A DNA stretch of 64,000 bases from a virus (IMGVR_UViG_2524614838_000004:1-64000); one strand, 5' to 3'; positions 16,717 to 27,482 are shown, numbered from the stretch's first letter. A program made the numbers and translations. The notes: a model not told the origin generated them from the letters alone.

Positions 16717-17433
16717 ATGGATATGTCAAAAGAAGCATTACAATATGTGGTTGGATTAAAAGAAGCAAAGCTCCTGGATATTTACGGAGATAAATATACC
16801 GATAAGGAGATTTATCGTGTTGACAATAATCTTCGTGCGGCTGCCATTGAGATGAATACTCTTACCAGTTTGGTAGACTATGCCAAGTCATTTACTGTTG
16901 AGATGTCAGATCAAATGTTGGTGCAGGTGGTGTCCCCTACGGAAGTCAAATTGATTTCCTGCCTTGATTCAGATCGGAAACGTGAATGTCTTGTAAGTGT
17001 GAAAGCCATGATTCCGGAATTTGGGTACGGAAGATATATGGATCATGAAAGTTTCATCATTGCTTTACAGTCAAAATTCATTGAGAACAAAGACCGTGAG
17101 TTGCTGTTACGATTTGCCGGTACTGTGAAAGATGAATCTATTGCTCAATACGGGGACGACGGAGTTACTCAAAAAGCTACAATAAAAACAGGAATAACTT
17201 CTGTCGGCGAAGCAATTGTTCCGAATCCGGTTAACCTGAAACCGTTCCGTACCTTCGTTGAAGTGGATCAGCCCGAGAGCGCCTTTATATTCCGTATGCG
17301 TCAAAATAATGGTGTAGAATGTGCCATCTTTGAAGCTGATGGCGGCGCTTGGAAGAATGAAGCCATGAGAAATATCAAAAAATATCTTGGCTTTGCTCTG
17401 GAAGAATTACCTCATTTTACAGTGATTTCATAA
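16717..17433 (+). CDS. Conserved phage protein
   Basis: PNPVNLKPFRTF.EV.QPES.FIFR...ADGGAW pattern. Confidence 0.7.
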   Translation: MDMSKEALQYVVGLKEAKLLDIYGDKYTDKEIYRVDNNLRAAAIEMNTLTSLVDYAKSFTVEMSDQMLVQVVSPTEVKLISCLDSDRKRECLVSVKAMIPEFGYGRYMDHESFIIALQSKFIENKDRELLLRFAGTVKDESIAQYGDDGVTQKATIKTGITSVGEAIVPNPVNLKPFRTFVEVDQPESAFIFRMRQNNGVECAIFEADGGAWKNEAMRNIKKYLGFALEELPHFTVIS

Positions 17434-17484
17434 CATCATTACCGCCGGTTCAGTAATGGGCCGGCGGAGAAAGAAGGACATAGT

Positions 17485-17937
17485 ATGAACAGAGTGATTT
17501 TATGCGGAAGACTGACCCGTGACCCGGAAGTGAGATATTCCCAGGGTGAACGTGCTATGGCAATAGCAAGATATACTCTTGCCGTTGATCGTAGGGGGAG
17601 CAAGCGACAGGAAGGACAGCCAACAGCAGATTTCATTAACTGTATAGCCTTTGACAAAGGCGGAGAGTTTACAGAGAAATATTTTCGCCAGGGAATGAGG
17701 GTGCTTGTTTCTGGCAGAATCCAGACTGGCAGTTATACAAATAAGGACGGCGTAAAGGTCTATACAACAGATATCATTGTTGATGAGCAGGAGTTTGCTG
17801 ACAGCAAGAATGCTTCTTCAGGGGATTCCGGTGGCGGTAATCAGGCCACAAGCAGACCTGAGCCGTCCAACTCCATTGGAGAAGGATTCATGAACATTCC
17901 TGATGGCGTTGAAGACGAAGGCTTGCCTTTTAACTAA
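17485..17937 (+). CDS. ssb: Single-stranded DNA-binding protein
   Basis: MNRVILCGRLTRDPEVRYS; acidic tail ending DEGLPFN. Confidence 0.95.
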   Translation: MNRVILCGRLTRDPEVRYSQGERAMAIARYTLAVDRRGSKRQEGQPTADFINCIAFDKGGEFTEKYFRQGMRVLVSGRIQTGSYTNKDGVKVYTTDIIVDEQEFADSKNASSGDSGGGNQATSRPEPSNSIGEGFMNIPDGVEDEGLPFN

Positions 17938-17943
17938 TAGGGG

Positions 17944-18342
17944 GTGCCACATGTGAAAAAGAAAAACGAACCAAAGCCTTCCGAAGTAATAAAAGATTTC
18001 CTGGATTATCTGGCTGACTGCCAGAAAGAATATCAGGCAGCCTGTACGGAAATGTTCGCAGAAGATAAAAAACATCAGGACTTTGTCCATGCTATTGAGT
18101 TTGAAAATAACGCTAAAGAGCGGAGTAAAATAGCCACTCAATTCAATATCAGCCGGAACAGGCGCAGAGCGGCGAAAGACAGATCTCTTAAGCTTGAGCG
18201 GATTGCAAAGTTCTACTCTGACAAGGCAAATAAAACCTTCATTGACAAATTGCGTAGCATGGTTAGGGATCAGAAAGAAGAAGAGAAATGGCTTGAAAGT
18301 GAGCGAACCTATTATCCCAGAGGAGGTGATTCCATTTGCTGA
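17944..18342 (+). CDS. Hypothetical protein
   Basis: Operon position. Confidence 0.65.
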   Translation: MPHVKKKNEPKPSEVIKDFLDYLADCQKEYQAACTEMFAEDKKHQDFVHAIEFENNAKERSKIATQFNISRNRRRAAKDRSLKLERIAKFYSDKANKTFIDKLRSMVRDQKEEEKWLESERTYYPRGGDSIC

Positions 18343-19091
18343 TTTTGGAAGATACCAGACAGCAGGAAAAGAAGCATGAGACTAAGCATGAGTACTTCCG
18401 ACGTGTTGGAATTCATTATAATCGAACAGCTTTATATTGCGGGGATTATACTCTCCCGGCTAATCAGAGTGTTTGTATAGACACCAAAAAAGATATTCAT
18501 GAGCTTATCGGTGATATCCAGGTTAAGCAAATGCCAAAAAAAGAAGTGAAAGATAAAGTGTATGAAATCTGTGAAAATAAGCGAATTTCTTTTGATCTTG
18601 CTAATGATGTATATCATGCGATTTGTGATGATGACACAGATCGATTTGCAGAAAAAGATATTAATGAGGTTTGCTGCAAATATGCCATACCTGAGGGCAT
18701 CATAGTCTTATTTCAGGCTCTTTATGTTAAGCGACACGGATTCTTTCACCGGGGGCTTAAAAGGGCGCAGAATAGTGGAATACGGCTTTACATTTTGGTT
18801 GAGAATGAAGACAAGGTTACTTCCTTAGATGATTTATTTCATTGGCATAATCCCAGGCTTGATAAGTTGGTTAACAGTAATCAGATGTTGGGTTTTTGGA
18901 AAAATGGTAAGCCCATATATAAGAAGGTCAGGAAATATCCTTATGCGGCTACCGGAGAATGGTTAGAAAAGGCTTGTCTGACTATGGAATTAAAATATGG
19001 TTGTAAGTTTCTTTTCTGCAAACCGGAAGATTCCGGGGCTAAGATTTTAGAACTTTTAGGAGTGAATGAATATGCAGAAAAGACCTCCTAA
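18336..19091 (+). CDS. ERCC4-domain nuclease (resolvase-like)
   Basis: ILEDTRQQ...LYCGDY...CIDTKKDI.EL. Confidence 0.75.
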   Translation: MLILEDTRQQEKKHETKHEYFRRVGIHYNRTALYCGDYTLPANQSVCIDTKKDIHELIGDIQVKQMPKKEVKDKVYEICENKRISFDLANDVYHAICDDDTDRFAEKDINEVCCKYAIPEGIIVLFQALYVKRHGFFHRGLKRAQNSGIRLYILVENEDKVTSLDDLFHWHNPRLDKLVNSNQMLGFWKNGKPIYKKVRKYPYAATGEWLEKACLTMELKYGCKFLFCKPEDSGAKILELLGVNEYAEKTS

Positions 19092-19545
19092 GTGCTGTTA
19101 TCCAGATTGCTTTAATTGCCCTTATATTGATTGCAGATATGATCGCCTGGAAACAAAAGATTTCTCTGAGTCTAATAGCCGAGATTACGAACATTTTGAA
19201 GCGTGGAATGGTAAAAAATTGCACAGAAATGCTGGAAAGGAATACTATAGTGGCCGTCAAACGGCGGCCCAAAGAACAAGCAGAAAATATGTTGATCGGC
19301 ATGAGTATAACCAATCTTATTATAAGTTGTATCGGCAAGAAATTCTGGATAAAAGACGGGCTGAGTATGATACGGATAAAAATACAAAAAAGTGTCGGAA
19401 ATATGTAAAATCGCATTCCAGCGAAAGAAAACAGTATCAAAGTGATTATTATCAAAGAAACGCTGAAAGGAAACTGGAATATGCGCGGTTAAGATATCAT
19501 CAAAAGAAATCTCAAAAGCAAGTGGAAATTGACGGGAGGGTGTAA
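19066..19545 (+). CDS. Hypothetical basic protein
   Basis: CCYPDCFNCPYIDC N-terminus; K/R/Y-rich tail. Confidence 0.6.
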   Translation: MNMQKRPPKCCYPDCFNCPYIDCRYDRLETKDFSESNSRDYEHFEAWNGKKLHRNAGKEYYSGRQTAAQRTSRKYVDRHEYNQSYYKLYRQEILDKRRAEYDTDKNTKKCRKYVKSHSSERKQYQSDYYQRNAERKLEYARLRYHQKKSQKQVEIDGRV

Positions 19546-19547
19546 AT

Positions 19548-20312
19548 ATGACACATAGTTTTGACTCTGAGATAGCAGGAGAATATGGGATTTTAGAAGC
19601 AGTTCTCCTCAATCATATTTTTTATTGGATTGAAAAGAATCGTGCAAATGAACAAAACTTTTTTGATGGTACTTATTGGACGTATAACAGCACAAGGGCA
19701 TTTAATGAATTATTCTCTTATGTATCTGAACGGCAGATAAAGAATGCGCTGAAACATTTACGAGAAGAGGAAGTTATCATTACCGGAAATTATAATGAGA
19801 ATGCCTATGATCGTACTTTGTGGTATGCATTGTCCCAAAAGGGATTATCCATTGTGCAAAAACGTCCAATGGAAGAGACAAAAACGTCCAATGGAAAGGG
19901 CGATAATGTCCGACCTATACCAGATATAAAACCAGATAATAAACCAAATAAAGAACCAGATAATAATACAGTATCTAACGATACTGTTCGTAGCACTGAC
20001 GTGCAACGCGTCATTGGGGCTTGGAACTCTTTGCCAGCAGTGAAGCATGTAACAAGATTGGTTTCGGAATCACAACGCTGTGAATGGTTAAAAGTTCGGA
20101 TCAGGGATTATGGAATTGATGATGTTCTAAAGGCCATCGAAAACATTCGATATAGCCCGTTCCTCCTTGGGCAAAGCAAGGGAGGCTGGGTCATTACCTT
20201 TGATTGGTTTATCCGGCCAAACAACTTTCCAAAAGTGCTTGATGGTAATTATCTTGAAAACAAGCCAGAAGATCCGGAACCTGTAGATGATGGTGGAGAG
20301 GTATGGCAGTAG
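19548..20312 (+). CDS. Phage replication initiator
   Basis: MTHSFD.EIA.EYGI.EAVLL wHTH N-terminus; C-terminal TFDWFIRPNNFPKVLDGNY. Confidence 0.8.
   Translation: MTHSFDSEIAGEYGILEAVLLNHIFYWIEKNRANEQNFFDGTYWTYNSTRAFNELFSYVSERQIKNALKHLREEEVIITGNYNENAYDRTLWYALSQKGLSIVQKRPMEETKTSNGKGDNVRPIPDIKPDNKPNKEPDNNTVSNDTVRSTDVQRVIGAWNSLPAVKHVTRLVSESQRCEWLKVRIRDYGIDDVLKAIENIRYSPFLLGQSKGGWVITFDWFIRPNNFPKVLDGNYLENKPEDPEPVDDGGEVWQ
19857..19968. repeat. Origin iterons inside the initiator gene
   Basis: CAAAAACGTCCAATGGAA at 19857 and 19879 (22-bp period), a degenerate copy at 19901, then ACCAGATA(A)TAA-type repeats at about 19919-19968. Confidence 0.7.
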
Positions 20313-22342
20313 GACAGAAAGTATTCAAACCTGATGAAATCCGAAAAACAATCAACGTACTAAAGCCAGAGGGTGAATTGTTTGAGGTCCGTTGTCTGGA
20401 GGCAAATGGCCGGAAAGTATACAGCGGATACTTTAAATCTCAGGAATCCTTGATTGACCAGCTTTGTAGGCTGAATTCTACAGACAGCAATATTTACATA
20501 ACCCTGGGAAAGGTAAAAGAAGATTGTTATTCACGGGAGCAGCGAGAAAAGTTCGTCATGAATGCTAAGAATACAACGAATGACAATGATGTTGTGGGGT
20601 ATAAATGGCTTTTCATAGATGTTGATCCTCAACGGCCGGCCGGTGTATCTAGTTCGGACGAGCAGTTACAGGTGGCAAAGGAACGTGGCAATAAGATTTA
20701 TGTGTTCATGAGGAATCTTGGATTCAATGATCCGGTAACGGCATTGAGCGGTAACGGTATTCACCTGCTTTATCGGATACAGATTGCCAATAACGAGGAA
20801 AACAAGGCTTTGGTTAAAAAGTGCTTAGCGGCGCTGGATATGTTTTTCAGTGATGATGAACTGAAAATTGATACCACAAACTTTAATCCTTCCCGTATTT
20901 GTAAATTGTATGGGACCATGGCCCGTAAGGGTAGTAACACGGAGCAGAATCCCCACAGGCTAAGCCATCTGCTTTCAGAGGGGAGCAGGGAGCCAACAGA
21001 TAGGATATACCTGGAAAAGCTAGCTTCAATGATTCCAGAGAAGCAGGAAAAGCCTCAGAAGTATAACAATTACAATCCCAGGGAGTTTGATTTAGAGGAG
21101 TGGCTACAACGGTATAATATCCGATACAGAAAAGCCAGCTATAGTGACGGGACTAAATTCATTCTGGACGAATGTCCTTTTGACAGCAACCATAAAGGGA
21201 AAGATGCTTGCATTTTTCAGACTCGGTCCGGAGCCATTGGATTTCATTGCTTTCACAATTCGTGTTCGGATAAGACATGGCAGGACGTGAGAAAACTATT
21301 TGAGCCAGATGCTTATGAGAAGCGGCAGCAGGAGTATGAACGGAAGATCTATTCAAGGCTGCCAGTTCAGCAAAGGCCAGTTCAGAGTATAGTTCCGGTT
21401 CTAGGGAATCCGGTTTTCTTCACAGCGAGGAATATTCTGGATTTGCAGGTACCAGAGGAACGGTTTGTTAAAAGCGGAATTGCTGACATTGACAAGAAGC
21501 TTAGGGGATTGAAGAAAAGCTATGTTACAGTTATGTCTGGTTTGAGAGCCTCCGGCAAATCTAGTGTCATATCTGAAATGGCATTGGATGCTGTAGAATC
21601 TGGAAATAATGTCGGTATCTTTTCTGGGGAGCTGGCTCCTAAGAATTTCATGAGGTGGATGGACCTGCAGGCAGCCGGAAAAGGGTATACGGAGCCTACG
21701 CAGTTTGAAGGATATTACAACGTCTCCAGGAAATATAAAGAGCAAATTGCAGAATGGCTAGGGCAGCATTTCTACCTGTACAACAACGATTACGGCAATG
21801 ATTACCGGGCGGTGGCAGAACAATTTGAGAAGGCCATTGAGGAAAAGAAACTGGACTTACTGATTTTAGATAATCTAATGGCATTCAATATCCTTTGCTT
21901 ATCAGATAACAAATTTGAAGCACAGACGGCCTTCATTCTGGATATGCAGCGGATTGCTAAAAAACATAATGTTCATGTGCTATTCGTGGCACACCCAAGA
22001 AAAGCAATGGGATTCCTGCGATTAGATGATATTTCCGGAACTGCGGATCTGGGGAATGCCGTTGACAATGCTTTAATAGTCCACCGGGTAAACAATGATT
22101 TTAAGAGACTTGGCAAGCAGATGTTCGGGTGGAAAGATGATAACCCATTATTCAACGCAACCAACGTAATAGAAATCGCAAAGGATCGTGATGGTGGTAC
22201 ACAGGATCATTTTGTACCACTGCATTATGAGCAGGAGACCAAGCGACTGAAGAATTATCCGGCCGAAAATAAAATCTATGGCTGGAATAAATCAGATGAT
22301 GGGTTCCTGAATGTGGAGCAGGGCGAGATTCCCTTCGATTGA
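20303..22342 (+). CDS. Primase-helicase (primase-like N-terminus, DnaB-like C-terminus)
   Basis: FIDVD...SGNGIHL primase motifs; SGLRASGKSS Walker A, LILDNL, VAHPRK, IAKDRDGG. Confidence 0.85.
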   Translation: MAVGQKVFKPDEIRKTINVLKPEGELFEVRCLEANGRKVYSGYFKSQESLIDQLCRLNSTDSNIYITLGKVKEDCYSREQREKFVMNAKNTTNDNDVVGYKWLFIDVDPQRPAGVSSSDEQLQVAKERGNKIYVFMRNLGFNDPVTALSGNGIHLLYRIQIANNEENKALVKKCLAALDMFFSDDELKIDTTNFNPSRICKLYGTMARKGSNTEQNPHRLSHLLSEGSREPTDRIYLEKLASMIPEKQEKPQKYNNYNPREFDLEEWLQRYNIRYRKASYSDGTKFILDECPFDSNHKGKDACIFQTRSGAIGFHCFHNSCSDKTWQDVRKLFEPDAYEKRQQEYERKIYSRLPVQQRPVQSIVPVLGNPVFFTARNILDLQVPEERFVKSGIADIDKKLRGLKKSYVTVMSGLRASGKSSVISEMALDAVESGNNVGIFSGELAPKNFMRWMDLQAAGKGYTEPTQFEGYYNVSRKYKEQIAEWLGQHFYLYNNDYGNDYRAVAEQFEKAIEEKKLDLLILDNLMAFNILCLSDNKFEAQTAFILDMQRIAKKHNVHVLFVAHPRKAMGFLRLDDISGTADLGNAVDNALIVHRVNNDFKRLGKQMFGWKDDNPLFNATNVIEIAKDRDGGTQDHFVPLHYEQETKRLKNYPAENKIYGWNKSDDGFLNVEQGEIPFD

Positions 22343-22358
22343 GAGGAGAAAGGGTGAT

Positions 22359-22784
22359 TTGAATACTTACGTAATTACTTTGTCAGGATATGATATGCCG
22401 GCAACTGCTTACGGTGAAACACCGGGAAAAGCTAAGTATAATTTTTTCTTAGAAATGGGAGATTTTTTTGACAGTTTTGCAGAGTTTTTACGATTTGTAA
22501 AAAGTATAAGACTGGTCCATAAATTCAGACCATGTGATTTGTTTGGTGACGTTGAACAATTTGAGCAAATGAAAGAATACCGTAATATCACGTTTGCGTT
22601 CATGGGAATGAAGGTGATTTTGAAATCCAAAAGCAGAGGAAATATTAAAGGAACCATTGTTGGTTCAAATGACAGTATGAACCTGGATATATGTTTTGAT
22701 GGAACCTGTCACAAAGAGAATTGTCACCCACATTATGAATTGATTTATTTAGATAATAGTGGAAACATTATAGCCGAATTTTAA
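22359..22784 (+). CDS. Hypothetical protein
   Basis: TTG start after RBS. Confidence 0.6.
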   Translation: MNTYVITLSGYDMPATAYGETPGKAKYNFFLEMGDFFDSFAEFLRFVKSIRLVHKFRPCDLFGDVEQFEQMKEYRNITFAFMGMKVILKSKSRGNIKGTIVGSNDSMNLDICFDGTCHKENCHPHYELIYLDNSGNIIAEF

Positions 22785-22821
22785 TCGAGAATTAAAAATC
22801 AGGATAGAGAGGAGTAAAGGT

Positions 22822-23025
22822 ATGACAGAATATTTAGCGGAAAGAACCCTTGCAAATATGAGATTTGGCTTGTCCATAACAAAGCCGGGAATAAATGCTG
22901 TGAAAGAGAAGATGGCCCTTGAAATGGCTATAAGTGCTTTGCAAAAACAGATTCAGGCTCAGCCAGTAAATGATGGTGCATTCGGGAAATGCCCGGATTG
23001 CGGGAAGAAGATTCAAAATTGTTAA
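22822..23025 (+). CDS. Hypothetical protein
   Basis: RBS AGGAG; CPDC motif. Confidence 0.55.
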   Translation: MTEYLAERTLANMRFGLSITKPGINAVKEKMALEMAISALQKQIQAQPVNDGAFGKCPDCGKKIQNC

Positions 23026-23050
23026 ATTAATATTTTAAGGAGGAACGCAT

Positions 23051-23215
23051 ATGGAAGCTGATGAAAAGGTTGTTATAACAAAAGAACAATTAAGAGTATT
23101 GAGAGACGGCCTGTGTGTGTGGAATACAATTGTACTAAACAGTTTAACCGAGAGAGGGCGAACAAAATTGTACGATGCGCAGGACCTAGTGGAAAGGCTG
23201 TGGAACAACAAATAG
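23051..23215 (+). CDS. Hypothetical 54-aa protein
   Basis: RBS AAGGAGG; below the ORF-track cutoff. Confidence 0.55.
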   Translation: MEADEKVVITKEQLRVLRDGLCVWNTIVLNSLTERGRTKLYDAQDLVERLWNNK

Positions 23216-23231
23216 TAGGGAGGAGTGTAAA

Positions 23232-24149
23232 ATGCTTTTCTATGAATATTTTAAAAGTTGGTTCGAAGCATACAAAGCCGGAACGGTGGCAGAAGTGACA
23301 TTGTCAAAGTACCGGATGACATATATGCGGCTGAAAGAACTGGCGCCTACACTGGATTTAAAAGTAATAGGGCGCAGGGAGTATCAGCAATTAATAAATG
23401 ACTATGCGCTTACGCATGAAAAGCAGACAGTCATGGACTTTCATCGTCAGCTGAAAGCGTGTCTCCTGGACGCTTACGACGAAAAGTTAATAGAGCGGGA
23501 CCCTACGCGGAAAGTAGCAATCCGGGGGAAAATGCCGGCAGAAAAGAAAATGAAATATCTCAACAGAGATGAACTGGAAAAACTGCTGAATGTGTTGCCG
23601 CTTCATCCTGATCGGGTCGGATTCGATTGGCTTATATTGCTTCTGGCTAAAACGGGACTAAGGTTTGCGGAGGGGTTAGCATTAACGCCGAATGATTTTG
23701 ACTTTGCCAATAAAAAGATAAGGGTAAACAAAACCTGGAATTATAAATCTGCAAATGGAAGATTCATGCCTACCAAAAATCAATCCTCTGTAAGGGAGGT
23801 AACAATAGATTGCGGTTTGGCAGAACAGTTTGAGCAGTTGATCAAAGGATTTCCGGCAGATGAACCGTTTTTCTTTGATAAGGCAGACCGGATATTTAAT
23901 TCTACCTTGAATAATTATCTGGAAAGATATTGCAGAGAGGCAGGCGTGCCGGTGATATCCGCACATTGTTTAAGACATACACACGCTTCCGTCCTGCTTG
24001 CTGCCGGTGTGTCAATTCCGAGCGTTTCTAAAAGATTAGGACATTCGAACGTCACTACAACGCAGGATACATATATCCACATCATACGGGAGCTGGAGGA
24101 AAAAGATAAGAATAAAGCAATGGACTGCATGTCCAGTTTGTGCGGATAG
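23232..24149 (+). CDS. Tyrosine recombinase 1
   Basis: KTGLRFAEG, HCLRHTHAS, RLGHSNVTTTQDTY (R-H-R-H-Y). Confidence 0.95.
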   Translation: MLFYEYFKSWFEAYKAGTVAEVTLSKYRMTYMRLKELAPTLDLKVIGRREYQQLINDYALTHEKQTVMDFHRQLKACLLDAYDEKLIERDPTRKVAIRGKMPAEKKMKYLNRDELEKLLNVLPLHPDRVGFDWLILLLAKTGLRFAEGLALTPNDFDFANKKIRVNKTWNYKSANGRFMPTKNQSSVREVTIDCGLAEQFEQLIKGFPADEPFFFDKADRIFNSTLNNYLERYCREAGVPVISAHCLRHTHASVLLAAGVSIPSVSKRLGHSNVTTTQDTYIHIIRELEEKDKNKAMDCMSSLCG

Positions 24150-24160
24150 GAGGTGGCGGA

Positions 24161-24661
24161 ATGTCGCGTGATGTTTGGGGGACTTATGTTTCTCCTGATG
24201 ATTACATAAATGCCGCAAAATCGGGAATATGCAGGCAGACGGTTAATTCCAGGATTGCAATGGGGTGGAAAGCAAAAGATGCCATTTCTGCCCCTGTAAT
24301 GGCAACGAGTGAAGAATACAAGATATATAAGCAATTAGCAGAAAAGAATGGGATTGGTGCAAATACCTACAAGCGGAGAACACAAAGAGGCTGGACGCTG
24401 GAGGCCGCAGCAGTTACACCACTGGTCAGCAGAGCGGAAAGCATTGAAAGAACCAGAAAGACGAGGCAAAGGGTAATCCCCAAAGACTTGGTAATTCAAG
24501 CAGAAAGTAACGGGATATGTTACCACACTCTATACAGCCGCCTGCAGATGGGGATTCCAGCGGATCAGGCTGCAACAAAACCAGTGGTTACTGCCAAAGA
24601 CCACCCATGGAGGAAAGCCGAAACTGATAGAATAAACTTAATAATGCAAAAGCAATGCTAA
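24161..24661 (+). CDS. Protein with three repeated small HTH-like units
   Basis: Repeats of GI...T...R...GW....A...P. Confidence 0.6.
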   Translation: MSRDVWGTYVSPDDYINAAKSGICRQTVNSRIAMGWKAKDAISAPVMATSEEYKIYKQLAEKNGIGANTYKRRTQRGWTLEAAAVTPLVSRAESIERTRKTRQRVIPKDLVIQAESNGICYHTLYSRLQMGIPADQAATKPVVTAKDHPWRKAETDRINLIMQKQC

Positions 24662-24709
24662 TAAATAAAGAAAATTGGGATATCCGGCTGAGCCGGAGGA
24701 AGGGGGAAC

Positions 24710-24889
24710 ATGGAAAATAATAAAGTTACTGTCCGTTGGTGGGATGGTTATATGGAGGATTTTGAAGCTACAGAGGTGAGATTTGGGAGTGATTTATTAT
24801 TCCTTCGCTTGACAGATGGAAAGAACAGACAAATACCGTTACGTGGTGTAAGGTGGTTCGGAATGAGCCAGGAAAGTCACCAAAACTGA
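24710..24889 (+). CDS. Hypothetical 59-aa protein
   Basis: RBS; below the ORF-track cutoff. Confidence 0.6.
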   Translation: MENNKVTVRWWDGYMEDFEATEVRFGSDLLFLRLTDGKNRQIPLRGVRWFGMSQESHQN

Positions 24890-24906
24890 AATTTGATTTA
24901 TAAAAA

Positions 24907-24954
24907 GAAAGGAGCCGGAACCTTTCCGGAAAACAGGCGCGCCGGGTTCCTTTC
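24907..24954 (+). promoter_or_regulatory. SD-sequestering twin-palindrome leader, copy 1
   Basis: GAAAGGAGCC/GGTTCCTTTC stem enclosing TTTCCGGAAA and GGCGCGCC; ATG 6 nt after the stem. Confidence 0.7.
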
Positions 24955-24960
24955 GAAAAA

Positions 24961-27468
24961 ATGGATTATTTAAAGTTTTTGAAATCCAAGATTGAGATTG
25001 CAACAGATACGGGTTTTACAGTAGATCGTAGCAGTATCAACAAGGCATTGAAATTTCATCAGAGTGACGCAGTTGCATGGGCTCTGAAGGGCGGTTGTCG
25101 GGCATTATTTGAAAGTTTCGGATTGGGAAAAACTGTTCAGGAAATAGAATTCTGTTATCAGGTTATAAGAAAGTTTGGCGGCAAAGCCCTTATTGTTTGT
25201 CCATTAGGTGTTAAGCAAGAATTCATAAGGGATGCTCAAAATATTCTCGGTTATGAAAAGCCAGTATATGTTAGGACTATGAAAGAAGTTGAAGCTGCAG
25301 GTGCCGGTATTCTGATTACAAATTATGAACGTGTTCGTGATGGAGATATTGATCCAAGCTACTTTACGGCAACGTCTCTTGATGAAGCCAGCGTCCTCCG
25401 GAGCTTTGGAAGTAAGACTTATCAAACCTTTTTGGACAAGTTCAAAGAGGTTCCGTATAAATTGGTAGCCACGGCTACGCCTAGCCCGAACAAATACAAA
25501 GAACTGATACACTACGCAGGATATTTGGGAGTTATGGATACCGGGCAGGCTTTGACAAGGTTCTTTCAGCGGGATTCTACAAAGGCCAATAATTTAACCC
25601 TATACCCGAACATGGAAGATGAGTTCTGGTTATGGGTGAGCAGCTGGGCATTATTTATTACAAAGCCTTCTGATGTAAATCCAGATTATTCAGATGCTGG
25701 ATATATTCTTCCACCTTTAGATGTAAGGTGGCATGAACTTCCTATAAATTACGGAGACACAGCAGATAGAGATGGCCAGTTCCAGTTATTTAACGAAGCG
25801 GCGGCCGGCCTGAAAGAAGCAGCGCAGGTAAAGCGTGAGAGTATTGATGTTAGAACGGAGAAGATGAAAGAGATTCTTGAATCTGATCCGGAGGCTCATT
25901 TTATTATATGGCATGACCTGGAAGCGGAGAGACTTGCAATTAAGAAAGCGGTACCTGGAGTTGTTGATATTTATGGTTCCCAGGATTATGAAACCAGGGA
26001 ACAAAGGGTTATAGACTTTTCAGAGGGCAGTTGCCAGTATTTCGCAACAAAAAAAGAGTTATCAGGATCTGGTTGCAATTTCCAGAAACATTGTCACAGA
26101 GAAATATTTCTGGGGATCGATTATGAATTTAATGACTTTATCCAGGCTATTCACAGATGTTTCCGTTTCCTCCAGGATAAGTCGGTAATTATTGATATTA
26201 TCTACATGGAAAATGAGAGAGAAATAAAAGACGTATTGCTGGAAAAGTGGAAGAATCACAATCACATGGTTGAAAAAATGATTGAGATTGTGAGAAAGTA
26301 TGGATTGTCAGCAGCAGGGAAAGAAAAACGCTTGGAGCGGAAGATGGGAGTTGAAACAGTGAAGGTCAAAGGGAAGAAGTATACGGCAGTTTACGATGAT
26401 TGCGTAGAAGAAACAAGGCGTATGGAAAGTAACAGTGTTGGCCTGATTCATACATCAATACCTTTCGGAAACCATTACGAATATTCGGCCAATTATAATG
26501 ATTTCGGGCATAATCAAGATACAGAAAGATTCTTTGAGCAGATGGATTTCCTTACACCGGAACTTTTTAGAATGCTGCAACCTGGACGAGTGGCCGCTAT
26601 TCATGTTAAGGACCGTGTGCTTTTCGGAAATGCAACAGGGACCGGAATGCCAACTGTAGAGCCGTTTCATTCACTTTGTATTAGCCATTATATGAAACAT
26701 GGCTTTCAGTATTTTGGCATGATTACGATTGTTACAGACGTGGTGAGGGAAAACAATCAAACATACCGGCTTGGGTGGACCGAGCAATGCAAAGACGGTT
26801 CTAAAATGGGAGCAGGTTGTCCAGAATATATTTTACTCTTTAGAAAACTACCTACTGACAGATCAACAGCTTATGCAGATGTCCCTGTTCATAAGACCAA
26901 AGAAGAATATACCAGGGCGCAATGGCAGATAGACGCTCACGGATTTTGGAGATCTTCAGGTGACCGCCTTATTAGAAAAGAGGAATTAGAAAATGTTTCA
27001 GTAAAGAATCTTCAGGCTATTTATCGAAAATATAGCAGGGACCATGTTTATGATTATAAAGAGCATGTAGAGCTGGCTAAGAAACTTGATACGGAAGGTA
27101 AACTCCCAGCTACATTTATGGTGGTTGCGCCGGGAAGCTGGACATGGGAAGTATGGGACGATATTAACCGTATGCGCACCTTAAATACTACACAGAGCCG
27201 GAGAAGAGCACAGCTCCATGTATGCCCTTTACAGCTGGATATTGCAGAACGAATTATTAACAGATATTCCAACGAAGGCGACCTTGTAGCGGATCCGTTT
27301 GCGGGCCTTATGACGGTTCCTATGACTGCTATTAAAATGGGTCGGAGAGGATATGGAATCGAATTAAATCCGGATTATTTCAGAGATGGCGTTGGATACC
27401 TGCAGGCGGCAGAGGACAATATAGATACACCTACATTGTTTGACTTTATGCCAGAAATAATTAGTTAA
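24961..27468 (+). CDS. SNF2-like helicase fused to an N4/N6 DNA methyltransferase
   Basis: FESFGLGKT, LDEAS, ATATPSPN; TSIPF and DPFAGLMT methylase motifs. Confidence 0.85.
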   Translation: MDYLKFLKSKIEIATDTGFTVDRSSINKALKFHQSDAVAWALKGGCRALFESFGLGKTVQEIEFCYQVIRKFGGKALIVCPLGVKQEFIRDAQNILGYEKPVYVRTMKEVEAAGAGILITNYERVRDGDIDPSYFTATSLDEASVLRSFGSKTYQTFLDKFKEVPYKLVATATPSPNKYKELIHYAGYLGVMDTGQALTRFFQRDSTKANNLTLYPNMEDEFWLWVSSWALFITKPSDVNPDYSDAGYILPPLDVRWHELPINYGDTADRDGQFQLFNEAAAGLKEAAQVKRESIDVRTEKMKEILESDPEAHFIIWHDLEAERLAIKKAVPGVVDIYGSQDYETREQRVIDFSEGSCQYFATKKELSGSGCNFQKHCHREIFLGIDYEFNDFIQAIHRCFRFLQDKSVIIDIIYMENEREIKDVLLEKWKNHNHMVEKMIEIVRKYGLSAAGKEKRLERKMGVETVKVKGKKYTAVYDDCVEETRRMESNSVGLIHTSIPFGNHYEYSANYNDFGHNQDTERFFEQMDFLTPELFRMLQPGRVAAIHVKDRVLFGNATGTGMPTVEPFHSLCISHYMKHGFQYFGMITIVTDVVRENNQTYRLGWTEQCKDGSKMGAGCPEYILLFRKLPTDRSTAYADVPVHKTKEEYTRAQWQIDAHGFWRSSGDRLIRKEELENVSVKNLQAIYRKYSRDHVYDYKEHVELAKKLDTEGKLPATFMVVAPGSWTWEVWDDINRMRTLNTTQSRRRAQLHVCPLQLDIAERIINRYSNEGDLVADPFAGLMTVPMTAIKMGRRGYGIELNPDYFRDGVGYLQAAEDNIDTPTLFDFMPEIIS

Positions 27469-27482
27469 AATATTATCCAATA

